Assembly (NCBI RefSeq): GCF_002113885.1
Contig: NW_018408904.1
Coordinates: forward strand, 164,514 to 228,513
Source: Mizuhopecten yessoensis
Lineage: Eukaryota
Length of the DNA stretch: 64,000 bases
Reading direction: 5' to 3'
Each line of letters starts with the position of its first letter. Positions within the stretch are counted from its first letter, which is position 1. Shown one piece after another: positions 47,715 to 62,011 of the stretch. The position numbers were made by a program, and so were the translations under genes. Below the pieces are notes generated by a model. The model was given only the letters and a program-made list of their open reading frames with translations. It searched no databases and was not told where the DNA came from.

Positions 47715-49815
47715 TTGATGTATGACGTGTTATGATTCATATCCTTTGAATGACGTGTTTGTATTGAATATACTTTGTATGATGTGTTGTGATTAATATC
47801 GTTTGAATGGCGTGTTTGTATTGAATATACTTTGTATGATGTGTTGTGATCAATATCGTTTGCATGATATATTGTGATTTATATCCTTTGTATAATGTGT
47901 TGTGATAAATATCCTTTGTATGACGTATTGTCATCAATATCCGTTGTATGACGTGTTGTCATCAATATCCTTTGTATGACGTATTGCCATCAATATCCTT
48001 TGTATGACGTGTTGTCATCAATATCCTTTGTATGACGTATTGCCATCAATATCCTTTGTATGATGTGTAGTCATTGATATTCTTTGTATGACGTGTTGTC
48101 ATTGATATTCTTTGTATGACGTGTTGTCATCAATATCCTTTGTATGACGTGTTGTCATCAATATCCTTTGTATGACGTATTGCCATCAATATCCTTTGTA
48201 TGATGTGTAGTCATTGATATTCTTTGTATGACGTGTTGTCATCAATATTCTTTGTATGACGTGTTGTCATCAATATCCTTTGTATGACGTGTCGTCATCA
48301 ATATCCTTTGTATGACGTGTTGTCATCAATATCCTTTGTCTGATGTGTTGTCATCAATATCCTTTGTCTGACGTGTTGGTCATCAATATCCTTTGTATGA
48401 TGTGTTGCCATCAATATCCTTTGTATGATGTGTTGTGATCATTTGTATGACGTGTTGTGATCAATATCCTTTGTATGACGTGTTGTCATCAATATCCTTT
48501 GTCTGGCGTGTTGTCAGCAATATCCTTTGTATGATGTGTTGTGATCATTTGTATGACGTGTTGTGATCAATATCCTTTGTATGACGTGTTGTCATCAATA
48601 TCCTTTGTATGACGTGTTGTCATCAATATCCGTTGTATGACGTGTTGTCATTAATATCCTTTGTCTGACGTGTTGTCATCAATATCCTTTGTATGACGTG
48701 TTGTCATCAATATCCTTTGTCTGACGTGTTGTCATCAATATCCTTTGTCTGACGTATTGGTCATCAATATCCTTTGTATGATGTGTTGCCATCAATATCC
48801 TTTGTATGACGTGTTGTGATCAATATCATTTGTATGACGTGTTGTGATCAATATCCTTTGTATGACGTGTTGTCATCAATATCCTTTGTGTGACGTGTTG
48901 TCATTTATATCCTTTGTCTGACGTGTTGTCATTAATATCCTTTGCATAATGTGTTGTCATCAATATCCTTTGTGTGACGTGTTGTCATCAATATCCTTTG
49001 TATGACGTATTGTCATAAATATCCTTTGTATGACATGTTGTCATCAATATCCTTTGTATGACGTGTTGTCATCAATATCCTTTGTATGACGTGTTGTCAT
49101 CAATATCCTTTGTATGATGTGTTGTCATCAATATCCTTTGTATGAAGTGTTGTCATCAATATCCTTTGTATGACGTATTGGCATTAATATCCTTTGTATG
49201 ACGTGTTGTCATCAATATCCTTTGTATGACGTGTTGTCATCAATATTCTTTGTATGATGTGTTGTGATCAATATCCTTTTGTATGACGTGTTGTCATCAA
49301 TATCCTTTGTATGACGTGTTGTCATCAATATCCTTTGTATGACGTGTTGTCATCAATATCCTTTATATGACGTGTTGTCATCAATAACCTTTGTATGATG
49401 TGTTGTCATCAATATCCTTTGTATGATGTGTTGTCATCAATATCCTTTNNNNNNNNNNNNNNNNNNNNNNNNNNNNNNNCCTTTGTATGACGTGTTGTCA
49501 TCAATATCCTTTGTATGACGTGTTGTCATCAATATCCTTTGTATGACGTGTTGTCATCAATATCCTTTGTATGACGTGTTGTCATCAATATCCTTTTTAT
49601 GACGTGTTGTCATCAATAACCTTTGCATGATATGTTGTCATCAATATCCTTTGTATGATGTGGTGTCATCAATATCCTTTGTATGACGTGTTGTCATCAA
49701 TATCCTTTGTATGATGTGTTGTCATCAATATCCTTTGTATGACGTGTTGTCATCAATATCCTTTGTATGACGTGTTGTCATCAATATCCTTTGTATGACG
49801 TGTTGTCATCAATAN
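47715..49815. repeat. 28-bp minisatellite (CAATATCCTTTGTATGACGTGTTGTCAT), about 75 units, downstream of gene 2
   Basis: Tandem periodicity; N gap at 49449-49479. Confidence 0.96.
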
Positions 49816-50297
49816 TATTTCGTAATCTGAGGGCCAAATTTTTTTTTTTTGAGGGTGTAAATAAATATAATATTCATAAAATATTGTTTTACTACGATAT
49901 ATCAGGTGTAAGATCACACGACGTTACATGATGTGTGGTATGCGTACAATGCACGAACGATGTACGTGTGCACGATGTGCAAATGATAGAAAACTCGGCG
50001 ATTAAAGCTTCACCTGAGCGCACGACGGATGAATGTAGGCGATAGCAATCGTGGTTGATGTAAATAGAAGAATGGCTTAACGATAAATACGATTTCGTTT
50101 CCAGCTTTTCCTAACAACCTTAATCATCGAAATGTGTACAACACACATCGGACACGGTCATACACACATTTGTATACCGACAAACATAGCCGAACGTCCC
50201 CCCTCCCCCCACCAGGGCAGTCAGAGGTATGAAAATGCCAGGTACCGCACACGGAAAAAGTATTAACGAGGTCCGGCTGTGTTTATATAACATTTCT

Positions 50298-53200
50298 ACA
50301 GCACCATCGATCAACTCAATGAGTCATACAGCACAACCGATCAACTAAATGAGTCATACAGCACCACCGAACAACTCAATGAGTCACACAGCACCACCGA
50401 ACAACTCAATACATCATACAGCACCACCGATCAACTCAATGAGTCATACAGCACCACCGATCATCTCAATAAGTCACACAGCACCACCGAACAACTCAAT
50501 ACATCATACAGCACCACCGATCAACAAAATAAGTCATACAGCACCACCGAACAACTCACTACCTCATACAGCACCACCGATCAACTCAATACCTTATACA
50601 GCACCACCGATCAACTCAATGAGTCATACAGCACCAACGATCAACTCAATACCTCATACAGCACCACCGATCAACTCAATGAGTCATACAGCACCACCGA
50701 TCATCTCAATAAGTCACTACAGCACCACCGATCAACTCAATACCTCATACAGCACCACCGATCAACTCAATGAGTCATACAGGACCACAGTACAACTCAA
50801 TGAGTCACACAGCACCACCGATCAACTCAATGAGTCATACAGGACCACCGATCAACTCAATAAGTCATGCAGCACCACCGGTCAACTCAATGAGTCATAC
50901 AGTACCACCGAACAACTCAATGAGTCACACAGCACCACCGATCAACTCAATAAGTCATACAGGACCACCAAACAACTCAATATCTCATACATCACCACCG
51001 ATCAACTCAATGAGTCATACAACTTCACCGAACGACTCAATACATCATACAGCACCACCGATCAACTCAATAAGTCGTCATACAGCACCAACGATCAACT
51101 CAAGATCTCATACAGCACCACCGATCAACTCAATGAGTCATACAGCACCACCAATCATCTCAAAGAGTCACACAGCACCACCGGTCAACTCAATGAGTCA
51201 CACAGCACCACCGATCGACTCAATAATCATACAGACCACCGATCAACTCAATAAGTCGTCATACAGCACCACCGAACAACTCAATACCTTATACAGCACC
51301 AACGATCAACTCAATGAGTCACACAGCACCAATGATCAACTACATGACTCATACAGCTTCACCGAACGACTCAATACATCATACAGCACCACCGATCAAC
51401 TCAATAAGTCGTCATACAGCACCACCGAACAACTCAATACCTTATACAGCACCACCGAACAACTCAATGAGTCATACAGCACCACCGATCATCTCAAAGA
51501 GTCACACAGCACCACCGGTCAACTCAATGAGTCACACAGCACCACCGATCAACTCAATATCTCATACAGTAACACCGATCAACACAATGAGTCATACAGC
51601 ACCACCGATTAACTCCATGAGTCATACAGCTCTACCGAACGACTCAATACATCATACAGCACCACCAATCAACTCAATAACCCATACAGCACCACCGATC
51701 AACTCAATAAGTAAAATAGCATCACCAATCAACTCAATACCTCATACAGCACCTACAATCAACTCAATGAGTCATACAGAAGCACCGTACAACTCAATGA
51801 GTCACACAGCACCACCAAAAACTCAATGAGTCACACAGCAACACCGAACAACTCAATATATCATACAGCACCAGCGATCGACTTAATAAGTCATACAGCA
51901 CCACCGAACAACTCAATACCTCATACAGAACCACTGATCAACTCAATAAGTCGTCATACAGCACCACCGATCAACTCCATATCTCATACAGCACCACCGA
52001 TCAACTCAATGAGTCATACAGGACCACCTATCAACTCAATGTCACACAGCACCACCGAACAACTCAATACCTCATACAGAACCACTGATCAACTCAATAA
52101 GTCGTTTATACAGCACCACCGATCAACTCCATATCTCATACAGCACCACCGTTCAACTCAATGAGTCATACAGGACCACCGAACAACCCAATGAGTCATA
52201 CAGGACCACCGAACAACTCAATGAGTCACACAGCACCACTAATCAACTCAATGAGTCACACAGCACCACCGAATAATTTAATACCTCATACAGCACCACC
52301 GAAAAACTCAATGAGTCATACAGCACCACCGATCAACTCAATAAGTCGTCATATAGCACCACCGATCAACTCAATATCTCATACAGCACCACCGATCAGT
52401 TCAATGAGTCATACAGGACCACCGATCAACTCAATACCTCATACAGCACCACCGAACAACTCAATGAGTCATACAGCACCACCGAACAACTCAACAAGTC
52501 ATACAGCACCACTGATCATCTCAATGAGTCATACAGCACCACCAAACAACCCAATACATCATACAGCACCACAAATCAACTCAATACCTCATACAGCACC
52601 AGCAATCATCTCAATGAGTCATACAGCACCACCGAACAACTCAATGAGTCATACAGCACCGCCGAACAACTCAACAAGTCATACAGCACCACTTATCATC
52701 TCAATGAGTCATACAGCACCACCAAACAACCCAATACATCATACAGCACCAGCAATCATTTCAATGAGTCATACAGCACCACCGATCAACTCAATAAGTC
52801 ATACAGCACCACCGAACAACTCAATGAGTCACACAGCACCACCGATCAACTCAATACCTCATACAGCACCACCGAACAACTCAATAAGTCATACAACACC
52901 ACCAATCAACTCAATACCTCATACAGCACCAGCAATCATTTCAATGAGTCATACAGCACCACCGATCAACTCAATAAGTCATACAGCACCACCGAACAAC
53001 TCAATGAGTCACACAGCACCACCGATCAACTCAATACCTCATACAGCACCACCGAACAACTCAATAAGTCATACAACACCACCAATCAACTCAATACCTC
53101 ATACAGCACCAGCAATCATTTCAATGAGTCATACAGCACCACCGATCAACTCAATAAGTCATACAGCACCACCGAACAACTCAATGAGTCACACAGCACC

Positions 53201-53855
53201 ACCGATCAACTCAATACCTCATACAGCACCACCGAACAACTCAATAAGTCATACAACACCACCAATCAACNACCGATCAACTCAATAAGTCGTCATACAG
53301 CACCACCGAACAACTCAATACCTCATACAGCACCACCGATCAACTCCATGACTCATACAGCTTCACCGAACGACTCAATACATCATACAGCACCACCGAT
53401 CAACTCAATAAGTCGTCATACAGCACCACCGAACAACTCAATTCCCCATACAGCACCACCGATCAACTCAATGACTCATTCAGCTGCACCGAACAACTCA
53501 ATACCTCATACAGCACCACCGAACAACTCAATACCTCATACAGTACAACTCAATGAGTCACACAGCACCACCGATCAACTCAATGAGTCATACAGGACCA
53601 CCGAACGACTCAATACATCATACAGCACCACCGATCAACTCAATAAGTCGTCATACAGCACCACCAAACAACTCAATACCTTATACAGCACCACCGATCA
53701 ACTCAATGAGTCATACAGCACCACCGATCATCTAAAAGAGTCACACAGCACCACCGGTCAACTCAATGAGTCATACAGCACCACCGATCAACTCAATGAG
53801 TCATACAGCACCACCGATCAAATAAATAAGTCATACAGCACCACCGAACAACTCC
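50298..53855. repeat. 30-bp minisatellite (CATACAGCACCACCGATCAACTCAATGAGT), about 118 units
   Basis: Tandem periodicity, occasional 33-bp units, 180-bp higher-order repeat about three times at 52741-53270. Confidence 0.96.
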
Positions 53856-54979
53856 ATGCGACAGGCACAGGCCATTCAAACCTCCGATCACTCTTTTCAA
53901 AATGTTAATGATCCAATATTTACCTGGATAGTGAAGCCCATTATTGACAGTTAACAGTCTCTATAATACTGTGTAACACGCGTTGTAAAAATAGACATAA
54001 TGCAAACTGTATTGATCAACAAGAGTACCGCGGGGCGGAACAATATACGCCCGTCGACTGCCATATAGTGTTATATACTTTCATTTTAAGAGTGATTAGC
54101 TGACATGCTATAAAAATGAAGGAGAAAATCTCCGGACAAAAATCAGTGTGTGACGGTTTGCGGGCCCGGCGCGTTGCGTTCTACTACGGTCTGACACGGC
54201 GCGCACGCGCGGTCTGGGAGGGAGTATATAAAAGCCAAAATCCCATGGCGCACTACGTTTCGTACACAAAATCTTCTTCATCATGGGAATTCGTGATGTT
54301 ATCTCGTCGATTCGTCTGAGGATATAATGATTGCTTTTGCCTGGGAGGCCTTCTTGGGCACAAACGTGCTCCAAAGCTGTCCGGTGTCCACGTTTCATCT
54401 ATCATAAAGAATTTTATGATAATAGTGCTATTTATGAACATTAATTTAACATTTCATCTCATTCATTATTTGCAAACTTTCGCCATTTAATTTCGTTCAG
54501 TAACAATTTCATACCTAAACTATTTAATTACATTTGTACCATTTAAGAAAACCTCTATGTGTAAATGTAGCTTCTTTGATTCATTGTCGTCAGATTAACT
54601 CATGTAATATTGGTGTCCATCTTATACATTATACCTTTCAAGTCAATTATGTTACGTAATGAGATTAACTGGTCTTACCAAGTATGACACTTAAGCCTCG
54701 GACAAAGGACAGGCTAATTGCCTTACCTGTTCGGGTACTCACCAGTCAGAATAGAGAGATAAGTGACAGCTGTCGATCAAATTAACTTTATTGTGTTAAT
54801 TGTCAATGTATCACGGTTCTACATGTTTGGTAATCAGTAAGGAGCTAGGCATCGGACTGTACAGGTGTGTTTTTGGATACTCCAGAAATCACCCACCGAC
54901 CTAGAGAAAGTTATTTTAATAAATTTATATTTGGACCATACAACATCTCCAGAACTTTTACTTTTCAAATTGTATAACA

Positions 54980-55325
54980 ATACCCCACAAAAGTGTTGTT
55001 TTACATCCGTGGAAAACCTTGACAGAACGTGAAAAACGTGTCGGACATTCATCAGAACGTGAGGGACCCCATCAGAACGTGACGGGCCTGGAGGGAACGT
55101 ACTGGCATCCGTGGTAGACCGCGGGCCGAACCGTACTGCGCCTTGGAGCCTCCGGGACTCAGCAGCAGCTTCCCCCCACGGCCCATCACGGATACCGTGA
55201 CAGACCGTGGGAAAACTTGCCAAGACTTGAATTCAGAGAAAAAATGGCCAAAATCCCACGGCGCACTACGTTTCGGGCAAACGCGACTGCCGTGGCTGCC
55301 GGGAACATAATGTAAACGTGGCATA
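54980..55325 (-). mobile_element. One end of a probable non-autonomous DNA transposon (PIF/Harbinger-like terminus); related fragment at about 54140-54270
   Basis: GC-rich block ending ggaacataatgtaaacgtggcataa; motif gccaaaatccca(c/t)ggcgcactacgtttcg shared with about 54234-54262. Superfamily call is tentative. Confidence 0.45.
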
Positions 55326-55949
55326 AACAAGGCCACACAGTGTCAGATGACATACGATGTACCAGGGGAAGTAACCTTGGGTGTCTACTGAGTAATCAGA
55401 GATACTTCAGTCGATTAAAACTTTTACAAAGATTTAACCTTTTCGTCGACTTATGTATTACAGTATAAAAATTCAGTTAAGAAACATACACAACAAACAT
55501 TTCCTCTGATTAAATATTTTCATCGGTCAAATATATTTGAATTAGCGTATGTGGTTTATATATTAGTCAGAAATAGTTATTAGGGACAAAACACTATTTC
55601 CTTAAACATTAATTACTTAAAACATACATCTACATTGCTCTATTTAGTTATTTCGCTATCATTACGTCAGTTCGTAAAGTGTTTGAATCAGCAGTCAGTG
55701 TTTTCACGGATAGTTGACATCAAAATAAGGGTTACCTGATATGGCATTGTATGTTAGTGAAATGTCTGATCGGAAGGTGACGCAAAAACTCACTACAAGA
55801 AGTTCATCAAAACTGTTTTTTGCTTTGCCTGTCTCTCATACAATATTGTACGTCTCTTTCCCCCATTTCTGTCATTTCTAGTTCTTATAATTATCTGTTG
55901 TTGTTCTGTAGCATGTGTGTGTAAGAGTGAATGAATGTATATATGGGTG

Positions 55950-56346
55950 TAATGATGAAGTTGATGACAGGATGATGATGATGATGATGATGATGAATGG
56001 TTATAAGTATGATGAAGATGAAGATGATGANNNNNNNNNNNNNNNNNNNNNNNNNNNNNNNNNNNNNNNNNNNNNNNNNNNNNNNNNNNNNNNNNNNNNN
56101 NNNNNNNNNNNNNNNNNNNNNNNNNNNNNNNNNNNNNNNNNNNNNNNNNNNNNNNNNNNNNNNNNNNNNNNNNNNNNNNNNNNNNNNNNNNNNNNNNNNN
56201 NNNNNNNNNNNNNNNNNNNNNNNNNNNNNNNNNNNNNNNNNNNNNNNNNNNNNNNNNNNNNNNNNNNNNNNNNNNNNNNNNNNNNNNNNNNNNNNNNNNN
56301 NNNNNNNNNNNNNNTGAAGATGATGATGATGACGATAATGATGATT
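55950..56346. repeat. (GAT)n microsatellite spanning an N gap
   Basis: gatgatgat runs on both sides of the gap 56031-56314. Confidence 0.85.
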
Positions 56347-57822
56347 CCATGTTATTATCTATCTACATTTTTCTCCTAATTTCTAAGAACGTCGATTCTT
56401 ACGTTGATTCTTGTATGTGTCAAGCCAATTTACCATCTTCAGTGAAAGGAAGACAAAGATGATTCAGGAATTTATTGTAAGTTATCGGTTGATTAGGTTA
56501 TTTCTGAAAAAAATAATTGTTTCAGTTTTTGAAGCATTAAATTTCAAATACCACCTTTTGTCCATGTACTTATATTCTGAAGGTCATTTGCTAGATTATC
56601 AATAATAATGTATGAGGAGGTATCATCAACAAATTATTTAATGTTATTATTAACTTGATCTGATATATCATTAAATTAAAATAAGGTGCAGGTGGATGAA
56701 GACATGGACAAGTTCAATGGTCGCCATAATGATATCATTGAGCAATATGCTATTTCTGTTTATGATCTGAAGATATATGTTTTTGATTATGTTCATTGTG
56801 CTACCTTGTGGTTTTATTGTCACTACCCGAGTTCGTGATTCGAGGACGTGGCTTTACTTGGATTTAACCTAGATTTACGCTTAGAAGACGCTTACTTTTC
56901 CGGAATACCTGATCATACGGACGTATCAAAATATTGGTCAGTATTTCGGTCCATAAAGGATACTTATAATGCTCGTCCTGGTCGACAAATTTGTTTGCAT
57001 ACTGTAAAAAAAAACTTGTTTCGTGGTTTTAGAGAAACAAAAGCGTAAAGGTGGGGTCAACATTTGGCCCCCACTTTGATTTCCTTTATTCTTTAGCCAT
57101 ATGTAGATACATAAAAATGATCAATAACTGCATAAATGATTATTCATAATTGTTACTGACAACCGTAGTAGACCTCCTTGCATAGCACCAGGTTGAGTGA
57201 CGGGGGTATCCTAACAAAATGACCGATAAATATCACAGGCAAATGTTAATTTGGAAATGAATTTTGATAGTGTATGGTGTATAAAATTACTGTTATTTTG
57301 ATACTAAATATGTCATATTGGTAGACATGAAGTAAGCATAGTGATACTTTTAATTGGAAAAACATGCAAAATTTTCACAAAATTTAAAATAAAACTTACA
57401 TTGTAAACTTGCCTTTATATAGTTACAATGGTAGTCTTTATTTTAAACTTCTTTAAAAACTTCCTATATATGTATTCTGTCTACAGAATAATTTTTTTGT
57501 AATATCAAAACCGGTAATGTACTTTTTTTAGCATGCCAAACATGATCAATGCCCAATTTCACATAACCTTGAAGATTTGACTATCAATGTTTATTATGAT
57601 AAATACCGATACATTTTCTGTTTTTGTATCATACTAAAACACTTTATTATGTTAGGCATGTTTCCAAGTTATGCGCAGCAGTAATAACTCATGAATATGT
57701 ATTATGTCACAGTAATCTTTCCTATGGAGAACTACTTTAGGTTTGAGATTGTGTTATAGACAAAGCTATGCAATTATCTAAAAAGAAATAAAATAATCTT
57801 AATCACAAAACTATTATACACT

Positions 57823-58400
57823 TTATTATACCCCCGCAACGACGTTAGGGGTGGGGATGGGGGTGGAGGGGATGGAGGTATACTGGAATCAGCTTGTCTA
57901 TCCGTCTATCTGTCAACTCATTCTAAAGTAGTGGACCAATTTCAACGAAAGTTTCCAGATATGGTAACAACCATCCTATAGTGTTTATCCAGGATTTTTT
58001 TTTTCAATCTGACTATTTTTTTTACGGAGTAATGGCCCTTTGTTGAAAAACACTTGTCCAGACAACTCCTCCAAAACTATGGAGCCAATTTCAACGGAAG
58101 TTTACAGATATGGTAACTGCCCCTTGACATTGTGCATCCAAGAAGTATGTTTTCATTCCGACCCTTTAAAAAGGTGTTATGGCCTTTTCTTGAACAAAAC
58201 TTTGTCTGCCTCTTAAACCTCTGGGCCATTTTAATGAAAGCTTACAGATATCGTAATTACCCCCTGATGTTTTGCATCAGGGTAGTATTTGTTCATTTCG
58301 ACCCTTTTAAGGAGTTATGGCCCTTTGTTAAAAATCTTTGTCTTGATAACTCTTCCTTAACTACTAGAACGATATCAGCCAAAGTGGGTCATCTAGGCTA
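57823..58400 (+). mobile_element. HINE/DINE-1-like (Helentron-derived) non-autonomous element with internal core repeats
   Basis: Starts ttattatacccccgcaac..ggtatactgg, then a gtct/atcc microsatellite-like tract, then several diverged cores containing ccaatttcaacg..cagatat and gagttatggccc; architecture typical of bivalve pearl/HINE-type elements. Confidence 0.6.
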
Positions 58401-58526
58401 ACAAGATGTGGCATGAAAGTATGTTTTGGCATAGGGAGGGAGTACAAGAAGTATGTCACTGACATCTATACATACATAATTACTGGTGGGAGACTGGACT
58501 AATTTGCAATGCTTTGCCTTAGCTAG

Positions 58527-58827
58527 CAGTTCTGGTTTATATAGGAGCGGAGGTTTTAGTTAAACTTTGGCTTACAGTTCTGGTTTATATAGGAGCGGAG
58601 GTTTTAGTTAAACTTTGGCTTACAGTTCTGGTTTATATAGGAGCGGAGGTTTTAGTTAAACTTTGACTTACAGTTCTGGTTTATATAGAAGCGGAGGTTT
58701 TAGTTAAACTTTGGCTTACAGTTCTGGTTTATATAGGAGCGGCGGTTTTAGTTAAACTTTGGCTTACAGTTCTAGTTTATATAGGAGCGGAGGTTTTAGT
58801 TAAACTTTGGCTTACAGTTCTAGTTTA
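58527..58827. repeat. 48-bp minisatellite (CAGTTCTGGTTTATATAGGAGCGGAGGTTTTAGTTAAACTTTGGCTTA), 6 units
   Basis: Direct tandem periodicity. Confidence 0.95.
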
Positions 58828-60025
58828 TTATTTTTGTAGCCTTTAACCATTCATTAAACAAACTATGAAGGATATTACACTATTTCATATCGATAACTCT
58901 AAACAAATAAAGCAAGGAAAGATACCCTTGTCCGACTCCCCATACAAAAATAATATTTCGGCACATTTGTTTTTTTATGACCTTGTATAAAGGTCAAGGT
59001 CATCAAAATTAAGAACACTTACACTCATTTACATGAACAACCTTCTTACCAAATATCAACACCCAATGACCTTTTGTCATGAAGAAAAACAGGTTAAAGA
59101 AAATGCGGAAAGAAATCTATGTTTTTCCTTTTTTGAACCAAAAGTAGTAAACGACAAATTTACCGGTTTTCATTTTTTTTGAAATTCCTGATGTTGAAAG
59201 ATATTATTGGTAGACAACTTTTTAAGAAGTAAGAAAAATAGACTAGTTTTAGAACTATATGAATTAACGTGTCAAAAATGGAAAATTTCTCATAAGAAAT
59301 GAAATTTCACACATTTTTCTGCTTAATTCTTAAATAAAAAGAACAATTCTTTATTGAAATAGTGTAATATTCGGTATCAAAATAACAGTTGAAATACTTT
59401 GCACATGATGATGATATAATTTTATTGTAATTGTGCCATTTAAATGCTCTAGGAGGAATTGTATTACTGCACCTTTAACACCCACACAGGTGTAAATCAA
59501 GGAGGTCCCATTTATCATTAAATGAATTCTGAAAGTAACTGTTCCTGATTTAAGCTTCCTATACCCATACCTTTTTGGATTTATCTTGTTTTGAAATTCC
59601 AAGTGGGGGCCGAAGCTAATGATAAATCTCCATAGGCGTTGACCCTACCTTTCATTTCTCTTGAGGAACAGAAGGCGTTGAGAATGTACATGGAGTGTCG
59701 GTGACGTCCTGGAAGTAGTCCTACAGCTGCGCTACTGGGTTTGTCTCCCTCTGTGTACTTGTTAACGGTACATACAATGCTCTCTTTGTCCACAAGGACA
59801 AAAATCAGTCAATCAGTCATTTCAGTATTTTTTGTAAAGGTCAATAATAATAATAATAAAAGATAATAATTGCAATGAACTCCATACTATTTGTATCAAA
59901 GATAACATTACAAAAGGCGTTATTTTTAAGAAAACATTATACACATACTTAATGAATATATCAAAGATAACGAATTACAACTCGCATGGAAAGTATTCAT
60001 TTATGTATCGATGTAGATCGAACGC

Positions 60026-60367
60026 CGTATGACACCGTTTACCTCACCATCACAGTTACTCAAGCCGCTCTACGTGTATTTTATTCCTCGTGTATTTAGT
60101 GCTTTTTAGATCTCGTGTATTTTTTATCCACACTGGTGATTAAATAACGTTGTCTCAAGCTTTTAAAATGTGTTTTATCCATGTAACCTTGAAAGTTGAA
60201 CAACGTCATCTATATCATTAAGCCCTATACAACTTTCCTTGAAAATAGTTATTTATTTGAACACTTTCATTTAGGCCTTGTGATATTAAAACAAAAGACA
60301 GATTGACACCTGTCTAATACAATGAGATAAAGTCAACAGGCGGACTTTCCCTAGATATAACTACTGA
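60026..60367 (+). repeat. Second copy of the 44944-45294 dispersed repeat
   Basis: Colinear similarity as described for 44944-45294. Confidence 0.85.
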
Positions 60368-60991
60368 TTTACATAGAAAAAAAATGATGCGATAACATTA
60401 GTAATAACATGTAAATACAAAAGCACTGTGAATGATAAATATTTCATTTTCAAATTTATGAAGATAAAATTCAACATCTTATTTTTTAACATCAAACGAG
60501 GAATAACAAACTATTTCCCTTTTAATCTGCATCTAAGGAAGCATCAACATTTGTATTTAACTTCCAAAATTATCAAACAGTCGTTTTTAAAATTAGGTTT
60601 ATATTAGACAAATACATCATTAATATTAGAAAGATACAAAAAGAAAGAATAAAATTTGTGTATGTTAAACAAAATTAAATTGAAATGCCACAGTAAAATA
60701 TAGTTTTAAATACATAAAACATGGTAATCGTCAATTAGTTCGGTATGGTAACAATAACAATATAGAACATTTTGCTTACCTAAGGACTGATGCTCAGATA
60801 CAGACGTTCCAAATTATTATTCAACATTTCATACACTAACAATGCTCGTCCTAGTCGACCAAATTGTTAGCATACTGTGAAAGCATACACTTTTGTTGAG
60901 GATTTACTAGTATATTTCGCGGTTTTTTTTTAGAGCAACAAAAGCGTACACTTAATTTCGTTTGAGGAACTGAAGACGCTAGTAATGTACA

Positions 60992-61111
60992 TGGGCCCAC
61001 TTGTATAAAACATCTCAATGTTAAGGAAATTCCCACGCAATGTATTGTCTATGGGAAATCTTAGAATTGAGGAAATCTCAAGAGTAGAGATGTTTTATAC
61101 AAGTGGGCCCA
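60992..61111. mobile_element. 120-bp MITE with perfect 25-bp TIRs
   Basis: tgggcccacttgtataaaacatctc (60992-61016) / gagatgttttatacaagtgggccca (61087-61111). Confidence 0.82.
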
Positions 61112-62011
61112 GGTGTTTCAGTGACGTCGTAGTATTAGTACAGTACTAGTTGCGCTACCACTTTGTCCTAGTTAACGGTACATACAATGCTCGTCTTTGT
61201 CCACAAGGAAATATTAATAGATCAGTCATGCACTCACTTCATTCTATTTGTGAAGGCATAATAAAAGAGAGGAAAAACCGATAATAATTGCATTGAACTA
61301 GATACAGTTGTGTATCAAATATAACATAATATACAGTTGTATATTAAAATTTCAAGGACAGTCCACCCTTCGTAATACACATGATTTTTCTTGCTGCGTT
61401 CTCGTCTCGTCATTTTCGTATGGTGTATCGGGCATTTCGAAGCCGTTGTGCAAATTCCTCTAAGCAGATTTGTTCAAGGGGTTGAGAGTGAGGAAACATA
61501 TAGTGGCTGTGGGAGAATTCGTATATTAAAGATTAACCGTCGTGTTACGTCACGGTCCGTTACAGAGTTTACCTCACCCAATTCTAATATTACAGGAAAA
61601 CCTATCTTTCACAATTTCACAAATTGAACAATTTGTGTTTGTCAAGTGTAGACTGTTATTTCATCATAATAACTCAAACCCATCTACATACATTTCTGTA
61701 TTCGTTCCTGTACATGGACACAAAAACAAACATAAATCGATATATTAGTATTGACATTAAGTTTAATAACAATAACAAGATAACAGATTGATATCAAAAT
61801 TAAATAAAAAATAAATATAAACATGAGTTATTTTAGTTTCATACCATTCAACGATAAGTGATATAAAACAAATCCACGTTTGTTAAAGTTTTCTTATGAA
61901 GGCTAAATATTATAAAATTAATGAATCACGACACTAGTCTACAACGATAAATCTTAATATAGCGTCAACATTCAAACGAACGTCAAACCACACCATCGAA
62001 AAGGACATTCT

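Noticed and set aside
50349-53908. Mucin-like SHTAPPINSM / YSTTDQLNES ORFs
   Set aside because: Frame switches repeatedly through 1-2 nt indels, no signal peptide or flanking coding sequence seen; a mucin exon cannot be fully excluded without RNA data.
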